From the NCBI GenBank assembly GCA_963848295.1, contig CAWKDB010000010.1, positions 1,408,001 to 1,472,000 of the forward strand: 64,000 nucleotides of DNA, read 5' to 3'. This document shows positions 45,277-55,075 of this stretch, one piece after another; within the stretch, counting starts at the first letter, position 1; each line of letters starts with the position of its first letter. This DNA comes from an uncultured delta proteobacterium (GTDB lineage: Bacteria; Myxococcota_A; Polyangia; Haliangiales; Haliangiaceae). The translations under genes and the position numbers were made by a program. The notes below the pieces were generated by a model. The model searched no databases. It was not told where the DNA came from and was given only the letters and a program-made list of their open reading frames with translations.

Positions 45277-46443
45277 CTACGGCGCTTGCGTGCAGATCGG
45301 CAGCGACGTCGCGAACGTATCGCGCGTCGCGGTATCGCCGTTGACGAGCTGGGCCGCGGCGTTCCAGCCCCAGCAGCGGATCGTCGAGGTGCTCGCCTCG
45401 ACGCCGCAGTAGTGATGCCCGCCCATCCAGAACTGCGCGAAGCCGATGCCGGTGGCGACCGCGGTCGGCACGCCGACGTTGACGTCCGCGCCGGCGCTGT
45501 CGACGACCTGGAGGCCATAGTCGTCGCCGCCCCAACACAGCACGTCGCCGCTCGACTTCATCGCACACGTGTGGTGCCACCGGCTCGTCAGCGACGTCCA
45601 GTCGGTGTCGGGCGCGATCTGCGCCGGCACGCCGCCGCTGTCGGCGAATCCCGTCCCGGTGTACGCGTTATCGCCCCAACACCAGATCGTGTGGTCGGTC
45701 TTCATCGCGCACCCGAACACGTCGCCGACCGTCGCGCTCGACCAATCGGTCGCCGCGCCGACCTGCACGGGCGCCGCGACCACCGTGCCGTCGGTGAGGG
45801 GCTGGCCGAGGCAGTTGTCGAAGCTCGTGCCGTAGCACCACAGCGTATGGTCGGAGCGCACGCCGCAGAAGATGCCGTTGCCGGCCGCGAAATTCAGCCA
45901 CGAGCCGGAGAGGCTCTGGCCATCGCACGCGGCGACACCAGTGGTGTTATCGACGGCACACCAGTGGAACGTATCGGCCGAGTAGGTCGTGGGCGGTGGG
46001 CCTGCAAGGTCGAGCGCCGGCGCGTTGTCATCGCTCCATTGATAGACATCACCGCCGTGGAGCCCGAAGTTGACCGTGTAGCCGAGGACGAGCGCACTCC
46101 AGCCATCGTCGCCGGCGATCCGCCGCGGATAGAAGGGCGGGACGTTCGTCGGGATACCCTCGCCGGCGTCTTCACCGATGCACCATCGGCTGTCCTGATC
46201 GCCGAGGAAGCACGTCGAGCGATGGCCGAGCGCGAGATCCCCAACGGGTTCCTTCGCACAGACGTCGTTCGCGCAGCGCTCGCACAGCTCGCAATCGGTA
46301 TCCGCCGCGCACACGCGGGGCGAGGCGTCGATCGCGCCCGCATCGCCGCGGCCGCCACCACCGCCATCGCCCGACTCGTGGAAATCGAGCCGCCCACAAC
46401 TCGCGGCGCCTAGCGCGACCAGCCACGGCATCGTTCGAGACAC
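45277..46443 (-). CDS. RCC1/BLIP-II repeat lipoprotein
   Basis: Lipobox AASC, repeats HTCA....G.V.CWG. TATCAT lies 6 nt before GTG 46443. Confidence 0.85.
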   Translation of the reverse strand: MSRTMPWLVALGAASCGRLDFHESGDGGGGGRGDAGAIDASPRVCAADTDCELCERCANDVCAKEPVGDLALGHRSTCFLGDQDSRWCIGEDAGEGIPTNVPPFYPRRIAGDDGWSALVLGYTVNFGLHGGDVYQWSDDNAPALDLAGPPPTTYSADTFHWCAVDNTTGVAACDGQSLSGSWLNFAAGNGIFCGVRSDHTLWCYGTSFDNCLGQPLTDGTVVAAPVQVGAATDWSSATVGDVFGCAMKTDHTIWCWGDNAYTGTGFADSGGVPAQIAPDTDWTSLTSRWHHTCAMKSSGDVLCWGGDDYGLQVVDSAGADVNVGVPTAVATGIGFAQFWMGGHHYCGVEASTSTIRCWGWNAAAQLVNGDTATRDTFATSLPICTQAP

Positions 46444-46465
46444 GAGTCCATGATACGTCTCCCGC

Positions 46466-47866
46466 GTGTCCGTCACACGCATCTCTCAGGTGTTTGCCGG
46501 TGCCGCCGCGGTCGGATCCAAGCTGACGATCGAAGGCTGGATCCGCACGCGCCGCGACTCGAAGGCCGGCCTGTCGTTCCTCGCGATCCACGACGGGAGC
46601 TGTCACGACGCGCTGCAGGTCGTCGCGCCCGCCGAGCTCGCGAACTATCAGACCGACGTCATGCGGATCACGACCGGCTGCGCGGTGCGCGCGACCGGTG
46701 AGCTCGTCGCTTCGCAGGGCAAGGGCCAGGCGGTCGAGCTGCGCGCCGACACGATCGAGGTCGTCGGCTGGGTCGACGATCCGGATCATTATCCGATGCA
46801 GCCGAAGCGCCACACGATGGAGTACCTGCGCGAGGTCGCGCATCTTCGGCCGCGCACGAACATCATCGGTGCGGTCACCCGCGTGCGCCACACGCTCGCG
46901 ATGGCGGTCCACCGGTTCTTCGACGAGCACGGCTTCTTCTGGATCCACACGCCGATCATCACCGCGTCGGACGCCGAGGGCGCCGGCCAGATGTTCAAGG
47001 TGTCGACGCTCGACTTCGCGAACCTACCGCGCACCGCCGATGGCAAGATCGACTACGACAAGGACTTCTTCGGGCGCGAGACCCGGCTGACCGTGTCGGG
47101 CCAGCTCAACGTCGAGACCTACTGCATGGCGTTGAGCCGGGTCTACACGTTCGGGCCGACGTTCCGCGCCGAGAACTCGAACACGCGGCGCCACCTCGCC
47201 GAGTTCTGGATGATCGAGCCGGAGATCGCGTTCGCCGATCTCGCGGCCGACGCCGATCTCGCCGAGGCGTTCCTCAAGTTCATCTTCAAGACGCTGCTCG
47301 ACGAACGCAAAGACGACATGGCGTTCTTCGAGAAGTTCGTCGACAAGGAGTGCATCCAGCGGCTGACCGCGATGGTCGAGGCGAAGTTCGCGCGGATCGA
47401 CTACACCGACGCGATCAAAGAGCTGGAAAAGTCCGGCGAGAAGTTCGAGTTCCCCGTGAAGTGGGGGATCGACATGCAGAGCGAGCACGAAAAGTTCCTC
47501 ACCGAGAAGGTCGTGAAGGGCCCGGTCGCGGTGATCAACTACCCGAAGGACATCAAGGCGTTCTACATGCGGCAAAACGCCGACGGCAAGACGGTCGCCG
47601 CGATGGACGTGCTCGCGCCCGGCATCGGCGAGATCATCGGCGGGAGCCAGCGCGAGGAGCGGCTCGAGATGCTCGACGCGCGCATCACCGAGATGGGCCT
47701 GCACGTGAAGGACTACTGGTGGTATCGCGATCTGCGCCGATATGGCACCGTGCCGCATGCCGGCTTCGGCCTGGGATTCGAGCGTGCGATCCTGTACGCG
47801 ACCGGGATCGAGAACATCCGCGACGTCATTCCGTTCCCTCGCGCGCCGCGCCAGGCCGAGTTTTGA
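46466..47866 (+). CDS. asnS: Asparagine--tRNA ligase
   Basis: [58 protein letters not shown]. Confidence 0.97.
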   Translation: MSVTRISQVFAGAAAVGSKLTIEGWIRTRRDSKAGLSFLAIHDGSCHDALQVVAPAELANYQTDVMRITTGCAVRATGELVASQGKGQAVELRADTIEVVGWVDDPDHYPMQPKRHTMEYLREVAHLRPRTNIIGAVTRVRHTLAMAVHRFFDEHGFFWIHTPIITASDAEGAGQMFKVSTLDFANLPRTADGKIDYDKDFFGRETRLTVSGQLNVETYCMALSRVYTFGPTFRAENSNTRRHLAEFWMIEPEIAFADLAADADLAEAFLKFIFKTLLDERKDDMAFFEKFVDKECIQRLTAMVEAKFARIDYTDAIKELEKSGEKFEFPVKWGIDMQSEHEKFLTEKVVKGPVAVINYPKDIKAFYMRQNADGKTVAAMDVLAPGIGEIIGGSQREERLEMLDARITEMGLHVKDYWWYRDLRRYGTVPHAGFGLGFERAILYATGIENIRDVIPFPRAPRQAEF

Positions 47867-48417
47867 TCACGACCGCGACCGATTGGGTGCTCGACGTCGA
47901 GCGCGCCTACGCGGCGGCGTACAAGCAGCCGGTGACGACGCGCGGCCCGGCGTCGCTGCGCGCGCTCGCCGCCGCCGGCGCGGTCGCGTCGCGCTATCTC
48001 GCGGTCGGTACGCCGCGCAGCTTCGCGCTCGTCGGCGACGATCCAGCGATCGCGATCTCGCTCGAAGCGCATCGCGCATGGTTCGAGCCCCGCGACCTGC
48101 GCTGCACCTCGGAGCCAGTCGCGGCCGCGGTCGGTGGTCGGGTCGTCTCGCTTGCCGAGGCGCTCGCGGCCGATATCGTGTGCGTGCACGAACCGATGCA
48201 GCTGGTCGCGAGCGCGCTGCGCCGCGGCACGCACGTCAACGCGCTCGCTCGGTGCAAGCTCGACGACGATCTCGAGCACGTCGCGAAGCTATTCGACGAA
48301 CCGCGCGGCTTGCCGGCACTCGCCGCGGGCATCGTCGACGGCCGCGAGCTCGACGAGCTCACGCTGTTCGAAGCGGGCGACGCTGCGGTCGCGGCCGCGT
48401 GTCTCAGCGCCCGTTGA
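47863..48417 (+). CDS. Short ornithine cyclodeaminase/mu-crystallin-like protein, possibly degenerate
   Basis: [41 protein letters not shown] resemble the OCD NAD-binding part. TTGA overlap with asnS. Confidence 0.55.
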   Translation: MITTATDWVLDVERAYAAAYKQPVTTRGPASLRALAAAGAVASRYLAVGTPRSFALVGDDPAIAISLEAHRAWFEPRDLRCTSEPVAAAVGGRVVSLAEALAADIVCVHEPMQLVASALRRGTHVNALARCKLDDDLEHVAKLFDEPRGLPALAAGIVDGRELDELTLFEAGDAAVAAACLSAR

Positions 48418-48766
48418 GACGAAGCCAGGCTTCGAGCCGTGCGGCGTAGACCAGATCGAGCATCGTGATCGCCTGCACGTCGTGCGTGTTGATCTTCAGC
48501 GTCAGGCCGGCGTACTCGAGCGTGATCGTCGGATGGTGATCGAGCTCGTCGGCGAGCTTCGCCGCCGCGTCGACGACCTTGGCGTGCTTCGCCATCGGGC
48601 CACCTTTGAGCTCGAGCTTGAGCTCGGTGCCGGTGTTGGTCCAATGGGGACCGAGCGTGCCGAGCTCGGCAGCGAGCTGCTCCGGCTTGAGCGCGACGCG
48701 GCTCGTGGTCTGGTTCGCGAGGCCGTCGAGACTGAGGATGGCGGGTGTGCGGTCGTCGTCCGACAA
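48404..48766 (-). CDS. Pterin-4-alpha-carbinolamine dehydratase
   Basis: ADELDHHP, INTHDV.AIT.LD...AAR. Confidence 0.85.
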   Translation of the reverse strand: MSDDDRTPAILSLDGLANQTTSRVALKPEQLAAELGTLGPHWTNTGTELKLELKGGPMAKHAKVVDAAAKLADELDHHPTITLEYAGLTLKINTHDVQAITMLDLVYAARLEAWLRLNGR

Positions 48767-48776
48767 GCCGGCTAGC

Positions 48777-49799
48777 CTACCACTGGGCCTGGCTCGACTT
48801 GATGAAGTCGTACGGGTAGCCGAGCTCGAACGCCGACGCCGTATCGAGGAGCTCGACCTGCTTCGCCGACAGCTCGAGGTCGGCGGCGGCGAGGTTCGCG
48901 TCGAGCTGCTCGACCGTGCGCGCGCCGAAGATCACCGAGGTCACTTGCGGCTTCGCGAGCAACCACGCGAGGCTGACCGCGGCCGGCGTCGTGCCGAGCT
49001 CCTTGGCGAGCCCGCGCACCGCGTCGAGGATCTTCCAGTTGCGGTCGTTGTCGTAGCGCGTGATCCGATCTTTGTTGCCGAGCCGCGTGCTCGCATCGGC
49101 CGCCTTGCCGCGCTCGAACTTGCCGGTGAGAAATCCGCCCGCGAGCGGCGACCACGGCAGGATGCCCAGCCCGGTCTCGCGACACAGCGAGACGTGCTCG
49201 CGTTCGAGGTCGCGCACGACCAGGCTGTACTGCGCCTGCAACGTCACGTACGGCGCGAGGTGCTCGGCCTTTGCGAGCATGATGCTGTGCATCAACCGAT
49301 AGGCCGCGTAGTTCGAGCAGCCGATGTAGAGCACCTTGCCGGCGCGGATGAGGTCATCGAGAGCGCGCAGCGTCTCGTCCTCGGGCACCGTGATGTCCTG
49401 CATGTGGATCTGATAGAGGTCGATGCGATCGGTGCGCAGCCGGCGCAGCGAATCGTCGCAGCACTTGCGGATGCGATAGCGCGACGCGCCGGTGCGGTTC
49501 GGGCCCTCGCCCATCGTGAAGCGAAACTTGGTCGCGAGCACGATCTGATCGCGCACGCCGCGCGCGGTCAGCCAGTTGCCGAGCACGCGCTCGGACAGGC
49601 CGTCCTGACCGTAGACGTCGGCGGTGTCGATGAAGTTGATGCCCGCGGCGAAGGCTTGATCGAGCACCACGTGCGCGGTCGCCTCGTCCGAGCCGGCCTC
49701 GTGCATGAACGACTTGTCGTCGGCCTCGCCGAACGTCATGCCGCCAAGGCACAGCGCCGAGACCTTGACGCCTGCCACGCCGAGATTGCGATATTTCAT
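48777..49799 (-). CDS. Aldo/keto reductase
   Basis: GINFIDTADVY, LATK, SLRRLRTDRIDLYQIH, YIGCSN, PWSPLAGG. Confidence 0.94.
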   Translation of the reverse strand: MKYRNLGVAGVKVSALCLGGMTFGEADDKSFMHEAGSDEATAHVVLDQAFAAGINFIDTADVYGQDGLSERVLGNWLTARGVRDQIVLATKFRFTMGEGPNRTGASRYRIRKCCDDSLRRLRTDRIDLYQIHMQDITVPEDETLRALDDLIRAGKVLYIGCSNYAAYRLMHSIMLAKAEHLAPYVTLQAQYSLVVRDLEREHVSLCRETGLGILPWSPLAGGFLTGKFERGKAADASTRLGNKDRITRYDNDRNWKILDAVRGLAKELGTTPAAVSLAWLLAKPQVTSVIFGARTVEQLDANLAAADLELSAKQVELLDTASAFELGYPYDFIKSSQAQW

Positions 49800-49823
49800 T
49801 CGCCGCAGCCTAGCGCCGGAATT

Positions 49824-49954
49824 GGTGACGCTGTCTCTTTTGTCACTTTGCCCTTGGAACCAAAGTGACAATAGAGACAGCGTCCCCACAACTTGTTGTG
49901 TGTTTCCGCTGGGCTGCGAGGCGAGCGTTGGTTGACAATAGCGACAGCGTCCCC
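49824..49954. repeat. 27-bp inverted repeat (49824-49850 / 49861-49887) plus a third copy (49930-49954) of the 25-bp repeat family
   Basis: GGTGACGCTGTCTCTTTTGTCACTTTG versus CAAAGTGACAATAGAGACAGCGTCCCC (2 mismatches). The third copy GGTTGACAATAGCGACAGCGTCCCC matches the 12475 repeat at 19/25. Confidence 0.88.
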
Positions 49955-49969
49955 ATTTGCTGGTAAGGA

Positions 49970-50857
49970 ATGGCGATGTCCACGGCTGTAGACGCGGCTC
50001 GCGCCAAGGGTTGGCGCCACGTCTACTTCAACGCGCTCACGATTCCTTTTTGGGGGGTGCACATCCTGGCGATCGTCGGCTTGGCGATCACGGGATTCTC
50101 GTGGTTCGGCGTCGCGATCTGCGCCGCGCTCTACGTGCCGCGCATGATCCTCGTGACCGGGGTCTACCACCGCTACTTCTCGCACCACAGCTTCAAGACG
50201 TCGCGCTGGTTCCAGTTCGTGCTCGCGCTCGGCGCGACGATGACCGCGCAAAAAGGAGTGCTGTGGTGGGCCGCGCATCACCGCATCCATCACAAGCTGT
50301 CCGACATGCCGGGCGACCTTCACTCGGTCAAGCAGTCCGGGTTCTGGTGGTCGCACATGGGCTGGATCCTCGCGCGCGATCTCGAAGGCACCGACCTGTC
50401 GAAGATTCGCGACTTCTCGAAGTACCCCGAGCTCGTGTGGCTCGATCGTTATTGGTTCGCCCCAGCGGTCGCGGCCGGCGTGATCACGTTTCTGATCGGC
50501 GGGTTCTTCGCGTTGATCTGGGCGTTCGCGCTGTGCCAGGTGCTGTGCTGGCACGGCACGTTCACGATCAACTCGCTGTCTCACCTGTGGGGCGGGCGGC
50601 GCTACGCTACCGACGATGACTCCCGCAACAACCCGGTGCTCGCGATGATCACGATGGGCGAAGGCTGGCACAACAACCATCACCACTATCAAGTCTCGGC
50701 GCGCCAAGGCTTCTTCTGGTGGGAGGTCGACATCACGTACTACACGCTGCGCGCGCTGTCCGCGGTCGGCTTGATCTGGGACCTGCACGGGGTGCCCGCT
50801 CACATCCGCACGCAGGACCCGGCGCCCGATCCGGAGCTTCTAGATACCGCCGCGTAA
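49970..50857 (+). CDS. Delta-9 acyl-CoA/acyl-lipid desaturase
   Basis: His boxes HRYFSH, HRIHH, HNNHH. Confidence 0.93.
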   Translation: MAMSTAVDAARAKGWRHVYFNALTIPFWGVHILAIVGLAITGFSWFGVAICAALYVPRMILVTGVYHRYFSHHSFKTSRWFQFVLALGATMTAQKGVLWWAAHHRIHHKLSDMPGDLHSVKQSGFWWSHMGWILARDLEGTDLSKIRDFSKYPELVWLDRYWFAPAVAAGVITFLIGGFFALIWAFALCQVLCWHGTFTINSLSHLWGGRRYATDDDSRNNPVLAMITMGEGWHNNHHHYQVSARQGFFWWEVDITYYTLRALSAVGLIWDLHGVPAHIRTQDPAPDPELLDTAA

Positions 50858-50877
50858 CGGGGTAGAGTTCTCGGGCA

Positions 50878-51843
50878 TTGCGTTTCCCGCCCGCCAACGT
50901 CCAGCTCCGCCGCGCCCAGCTCGTGCTGATGCTCGCGGTGCTGATTCCGACCGTGCTGATGACCGCGGTCGGCATCTTGCTGCTCGTGCTCGGCGCGGGA
51001 ACCGGTACCACCGTCCTGTCGGGAGTGCTCGTGCTGACGTTTTGCACGAGCGGCATCACAGGCTACGTGCTCGTGTCGATCTTCGTCGGCAAGGGCGCGT
51101 CGCTCGCGCGGGTTCAAAACGACTTCGTCTCGAACGTGTCGCACGAGCTGCGGACGCCGGTGACGTCGATCCGCCTGTTACTCGAATCGCTGCGCGACAA
51201 CCGGCTCGCCGACTCCGACCGCGTCCAGGTCCTGTCGCTGCTCGCGCGCGAGACCGATCGGCTCGAACAGCTCGTCGGCCGCGTCCTCGAGCTCAGCCGG
51301 CTCGAAGCGCGCCACGTCTTTGCCCGCGAAGCGGTCGATGTCGCCGAGCTCGTCACGGAGTCGCAGGCGGCCTTCGATGCGGTGACGCTGACCACGCCGA
51401 CGACCATCAAGGTGACGCTCGAGCCCGGCCTGGTCGTACGCGGTGATCGCTCCGCACTGATCCGCGCGGTGCTCAACCTCCTGACGAACGCGTGGAAGTA
51501 CACCGGCGATGACAAGCAGATCGCGATCGAAGGTCGCACCGCCGGGCGCTGGATCGAGCTGATCGTGCGCGACAACGGCCGAGGTATCGCGCGGGACGAG
51601 CAACGCGCGATCTACGAACAGTTCAGCCGCGGACGAGCCGCGATCGATAGCGGCGTCCCGGGGTTCGGTCTCGGCCTCGCGTTCGTCCGGGCGATCGTGC
51701 GAGGCCATCGCGGCAAGATCGACCTGCGGTCCGAGCCCGGCCACACCGAATTCCGGATGCGGCTGCGCAAGTTTCACGAGCGCGGCGAAGCGCGAGCGCG
51801 GTCCACGGCGACCCGCACGATGTCCGAGCGAGCCATGCCATGA
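50878..51843 (+). CDS. Sensor histidine kinase (2 TM, almost no periplasmic loop)
   Basis: VSHELRTP, NLLTNAWKY, DNGRGI, GFGLGL. Confidence 0.93.
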   Translation: MRFPPANVQLRRAQLVLMLAVLIPTVLMTAVGILLLVLGAGTGTTVLSGVLVLTFCTSGITGYVLVSIFVGKGASLARVQNDFVSNVSHELRTPVTSIRLLLESLRDNRLADSDRVQVLSLLARETDRLEQLVGRVLELSRLEARHVFAREAVDVAELVTESQAAFDAVTLTTPTTIKVTLEPGLVVRGDRSALIRAVLNLLTNAWKYTGDDKQIAIEGRTAGRWIELIVRDNGRGIARDEQRAIYEQFSRGRAAIDSGVPGFGLGLAFVRAIVRGHRGKIDLRSEPGHTEFRMRLRKFHERGEARARSTATRTMSERAMP

Positions 51844-52541
51844 CCGAACGGATCTTGATCGTCGAGGACGACGAAGCCATCGCGACCGGATTGTCTCTTA
51901 ACCTGAAGCTCGCCGGGCGTGCGGCGGTGATCGCCCGCGACGGCGACGAAGCGCTGCGCCTCACCGACGCCGAAGAGTTCGCGCTGATCTTGCTCGACAT
52001 CAACCTGCCGAAGCTGAACGGGCTCGAAGTGCTCGCCGCACTCCGCGCTTCCGACAGCCTCGTGCCCGTGATCGTGCTGTCCGCGCGCGACGGCGAGTTC
52101 GACAAGGTCGCCGCGCTGCGGCTCGGCGCCGACGACTACGTCACCAAGCCGTTCGCGCTGGCCGAGCTGCTCGCTCGGATCGACGCGGTGTTGCGCCGGG
52201 TCCAACCGGTGCTGACCACCCCGATCACCGTGCCGCCGCCGAGTGGCGCGCTCGGGTTTGACGACGTCGCGATCGATCTCGCGCAGCGGGTCGTTACCCG
52301 CGCCGGCGTCGAGATCAAGCTGACCCACCTCGAGTTCGAGCTCCTCGTGTTCTTCGTCCGCCACGCGAGCCAGGTGTTCAGCCGCGCGCAGCTGTTCCAG
52401 CTCGTCTGGGGTCAATCGGCGGGCACGGTCCGCACGGTCGATAACTTCGTCGGCCAGCTGCGCAAGCGGTTCGAGCGCGAGCCCGATCGGCCGGCTCACT
52501 TCATCACGGTGCGCGGCTCGGGCTACCGGTTCGATCCCTGA
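51840..52541 (+). CDS. OmpR-family response regulator
   Basis: LIVEDD, LLDINLP, GADDYVTKPF, winged HTH ending TVRGSGYRF. Confidence 0.95.
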   Translation: MTERILIVEDDEAIATGLSLNLKLAGRAAVIARDGDEALRLTDAEEFALILLDINLPKLNGLEVLAALRASDSLVPVIVLSARDGEFDKVAALRLGADDYVTKPFALAELLARIDAVLRRVQPVLTTPITVPPPSGALGFDDVAIDLAQRVVTRAGVEIKLTHLEFELLVFFVRHASQVFSRAQLFQLVWGQSAGTVRTVDNFVGQLRKRFEREPDRPAHFITVRGSGYRFDP

Positions 52542-52614
52542 CATCGCTGTCGCGAACCGCCGGCAAACGCTGGTTCATTTGCCACTAACCCCGCGGATCT
52601 GCGTAGCGAGGCCG

Positions 52615-52630
52615 TGGCACGTCGGGTGCT
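52615..52630 (+). promoter_or_regulatory. Putative sigma54 (-24/-12) promoter
   Basis: TGGCAC-GTCGG-GTGCT, one mismatch to TGGCAC-N5-TTGCW, 15 nt upstream of ATG 52646. Confidence 0.55.
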
Positions 52631-52645
52631 TTTTGGCGGCGTAAT

Positions 52646-53683
52646 ATGAAGCGCCTCGTCTATGTCTCGGCCGCCCTGTGTTCTCTGCCACTGGTCGCGT
52701 GCTACGGCGGCGACCGCGCCGACGGGGTGTGCCCGGCGGGCGAAACCTGCTCGCCCGCGACGCCCGATGGACTGCTGTTCGTCGGCCGCAACCCGACCGA
52801 TCAGATCGCCCTGTCCGGCCCGCTCGCGACCGTGATCGGCGGCACTCAGGACGTCGAGCTCGAGTTCAACGACGCGACCCTCGGCGCGTTTGATCTCGCT
52901 TACACCGCGAAGGTCGATGCGCCGACCGGTGTCAACATCGACGCGACCTCGGGCTCGACCGTGACGGTCACCGGCACCGGCACCGACGCGAACTACGTGC
53001 GCATCGTCGATCCGAACGGCGAGCTCTACGATCGGAAGCAGATGACGGGCGCCTCGATCGACACCGTCTCGCTCGTACCTGCCGCGGTCGAGACGATCCC
53101 GAGCGGGATGGACATCTCGTTCGCGACCAGCAACGAGAAGTTCGTGGTCGCGTTGACCGGTCGCGTCGAGGACTCGGTGCTCGGCGAGATCGAGGAGCGC
53201 CTGATCGACGATTCGATGCAGCTCACGCTCGCCGGCTCGCTGCGCGTCGGCTGGGATGCGTTCACGATGCCGAGCGCGACCGCCGGTGTGTACTCGCTCG
53301 CCGTCAGCTCGGGCGATTACAGCGGCCCACCGCTCGATCTCGTGATCGTCGACCACATCGATGCGCTAGCCGCGCAACCGGATGCGCCGGGCTCGATCGC
53401 GCAGAACGAGTCGGTGATCGTGTGCTTCACCGCGTCGAGCTCGGGCCGCTATGTCGCCGGCCTCGACTGGGCGTTCACGGTCAACGACCAGGCCGTCACC
53501 GCGTTCGGTAACAACTGCGCCAATGTCTACACGGCCGCCGCGTCGGGAACGCTCACGGTCAAGGCAAGCGTCGCCGGCATGTCCGCGCAGACGACGTTGG
53601 CGGTTGGCCCAGCGTCGCGCCAGGTGCCGGGGAAGCGACCGTTGGCGTGGCGCGAGCCGGCCGGCGAGCGGGCGGCCGACTGA
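52646..53683 (+). CDS. Hypothetical beta-rich lipoprotein (paralog 1)
   Basis: Lipobox LVAC; shares GGTQ, VRIVDP, RL.DD, WD, CFTA, G.DW.F, NCA with the next gene. Confidence 0.75.
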   Translation: MKRLVYVSAALCSLPLVACYGGDRADGVCPAGETCSPATPDGLLFVGRNPTDQIALSGPLATVIGGTQDVELEFNDATLGAFDLAYTAKVDAPTGVNIDATSGSTVTVTGTGTDANYVRIVDPNGELYDRKQMTGASIDTVSLVPAAVETIPSGMDISFATSNEKFVVALTGRVEDSVLGEIEERLIDDSMQLTLAGSLRVGWDAFTMPSATAGVYSLAVSSGDYSGPPLDLVIVDHIDALAAQPDAPGSIAQNESVIVCFTASSSGRYVAGLDWAFTVNDQAVTAFGNNCANVYTAAASGTLTVKASVAGMSAQTTLAVGPASRQVPGKRPLAWREPAGERAAD

Positions 53684-54639
53684 TGCGCTGGCTGCTCGGC
53701 GCGCTAGCCACGTCGGCGTGCCTCGGCGGGACGGATCGGCCATTGCTGTGCGGCTCGGACTGCGGCTCGGACTACTCGCCGATCGACGTGACGATCACAG
53801 GCCGCGAGGTCGGCGACGACGGCGAGCTGATGCTCGACGGGCAACAGCTGCGCTACCCCACCGTGGTTGGCGGCACCCAGACGTTCGGGCTCCACTTCAC
53901 GTTGGACGGCGAGCCTACCGAGGTCACGAGCTGGAAGGCCTCGATCAACGGGCCGGCGCTGACCGAGCTGCCAACCGGCGATGAAGGCGACAACCTCGCG
54001 CTCGTCGGCGCAACCGCCGGCAGTGCGGACGTCCGCATCGTCGATCCCGCGACCGGCCAGCTCTACAACGGCAACACGCTGCTCTCGGTCGACCTCGCGA
54101 TGATCTCGTTCGTGCCCGCTCGCACCGAGTGGCCCTCGACGCCCTCGATCGCGTTCGCGAACGGCACGTTCGGCGTGGTCATCGCGCTGTCCGATGGCGG
54201 CACGGACCTCGCCACCCGACTCGTCGACGACACGATCGCGGTCGACGCCGGGCCGATCACGCGCAGCGCGTGGGACACGCTCGACCTCACCGGGCTTGCC
54301 GCGGGAGACTATCCGGTGACGGTCACCGCCGCGGGGCAAACCTTCGCGCTCGACCTGGCCGTCGCCGACGCCCCCGATGCGGTCACCGGCGATGACGTTT
54401 CGGTGACGTTCGGCGCGACCGACGGCGTGTGCTTCACCGCGGTCGCGAGCGATCGCGGCGTGGTCGGCTACGACTGGACCTTCGCGAGTAACGGTATCGC
54501 GCTTCCGACGTTCGGCAAGCCATTCTCGAACTGCGCGTCGACCGCGTCACTCGGGCCGGCAGGCACCGTCCAACCGGTGACCGCGACGGCGCGCGGCGTC
54601 ACCGGGACGGCGAACGTCACGATCACGCCGGCGACGTAA
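53683..54639 (+). CDS. Hypothetical beta-rich lipoprotein (paralog 2)
   Basis: Lipobox TSAC; TGATG overlap; same shared motifs. Confidence 0.75.
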   Translation: MRWLLGALATSACLGGTDRPLLCGSDCGSDYSPIDVTITGREVGDDGELMLDGQQLRYPTVVGGTQTFGLHFTLDGEPTEVTSWKASINGPALTELPTGDEGDNLALVGATAGSADVRIVDPATGQLYNGNTLLSVDLAMISFVPARTEWPSTPSIAFANGTFGVVIALSDGGTDLATRLVDDTIAVDAGPITRSAWDTLDLTGLAAGDYPVTVTAAGQTFALDLAVADAPDAVTGDDVSVTFGATDGVCFTAVASDRGVVGYDWTFASNGIALPTFGKPFSNCASTASLGPAGTVQPVTATARGVTGTANVTITPAT

Positions 54640-54664
54640 CGCGACGGCGAGGTATGCTCCGCGG

Positions 54665-55075
54665 ATGGCGGACACGATCTTCGGCAAGATCTTGCGCAAC
54701 GAGCTTCCTTGCCACCGCGTCTACGAAGACGCCGATGTCGTCGCGTTCCTCGATGTCAATCCGCTGGCGCGCGGTCACACGCTTGTGATCCCGCGCGAGC
54801 CGGCGGTCACGCTCGACGAGCTGTCCGATGCATCCTCGGCGGCGATCGGTCGCGCGTTGCCGCGGATCGCTCGCGCGGTGATGGCGGCGACCGGCACCCG
54901 CGCGTACAACGTGTTGCAGAACAACGGCACCGCGGCGCACCAGGTCGTGATGCACGTGCACTTCCACATCATCCCGAAGCCGGATGCCGATCACGGGCTC
55001 GGCATCGGATGGCCGGCCGGCACGCTCGAGCACGGGGCGGAGCTCGCGAAGGCGATCGCGGACAAGCTCGCGTGA
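54665..55075 (+). CDS. HIT family nucleotide hydrolase
   Basis: FLDVNP..RGHTLVIP, QVVMHVHFHIIP. Confidence 0.93.
   Translation: MADTIFGKILRNELPCHRVYEDADVVAFLDVNPLARGHTLVIPREPAVTLDELSDASSAAIGRALPRIARAVMAATGTRAYNVLQNNGTAAHQVVMHVHFHIIPKPDADHGLGIGWPAGTLEHGAELAKAIADKLA

Noticed and set aside
1861..47866. Dedicated RNA-modification supercluster (RlmK-like, rsmE, QueA-like, glnS, ttcA, asnS)
   Set aside because: The genes are scattered over 46 kb on both strands among unrelated genes, which is consistent with ordinary core genome.
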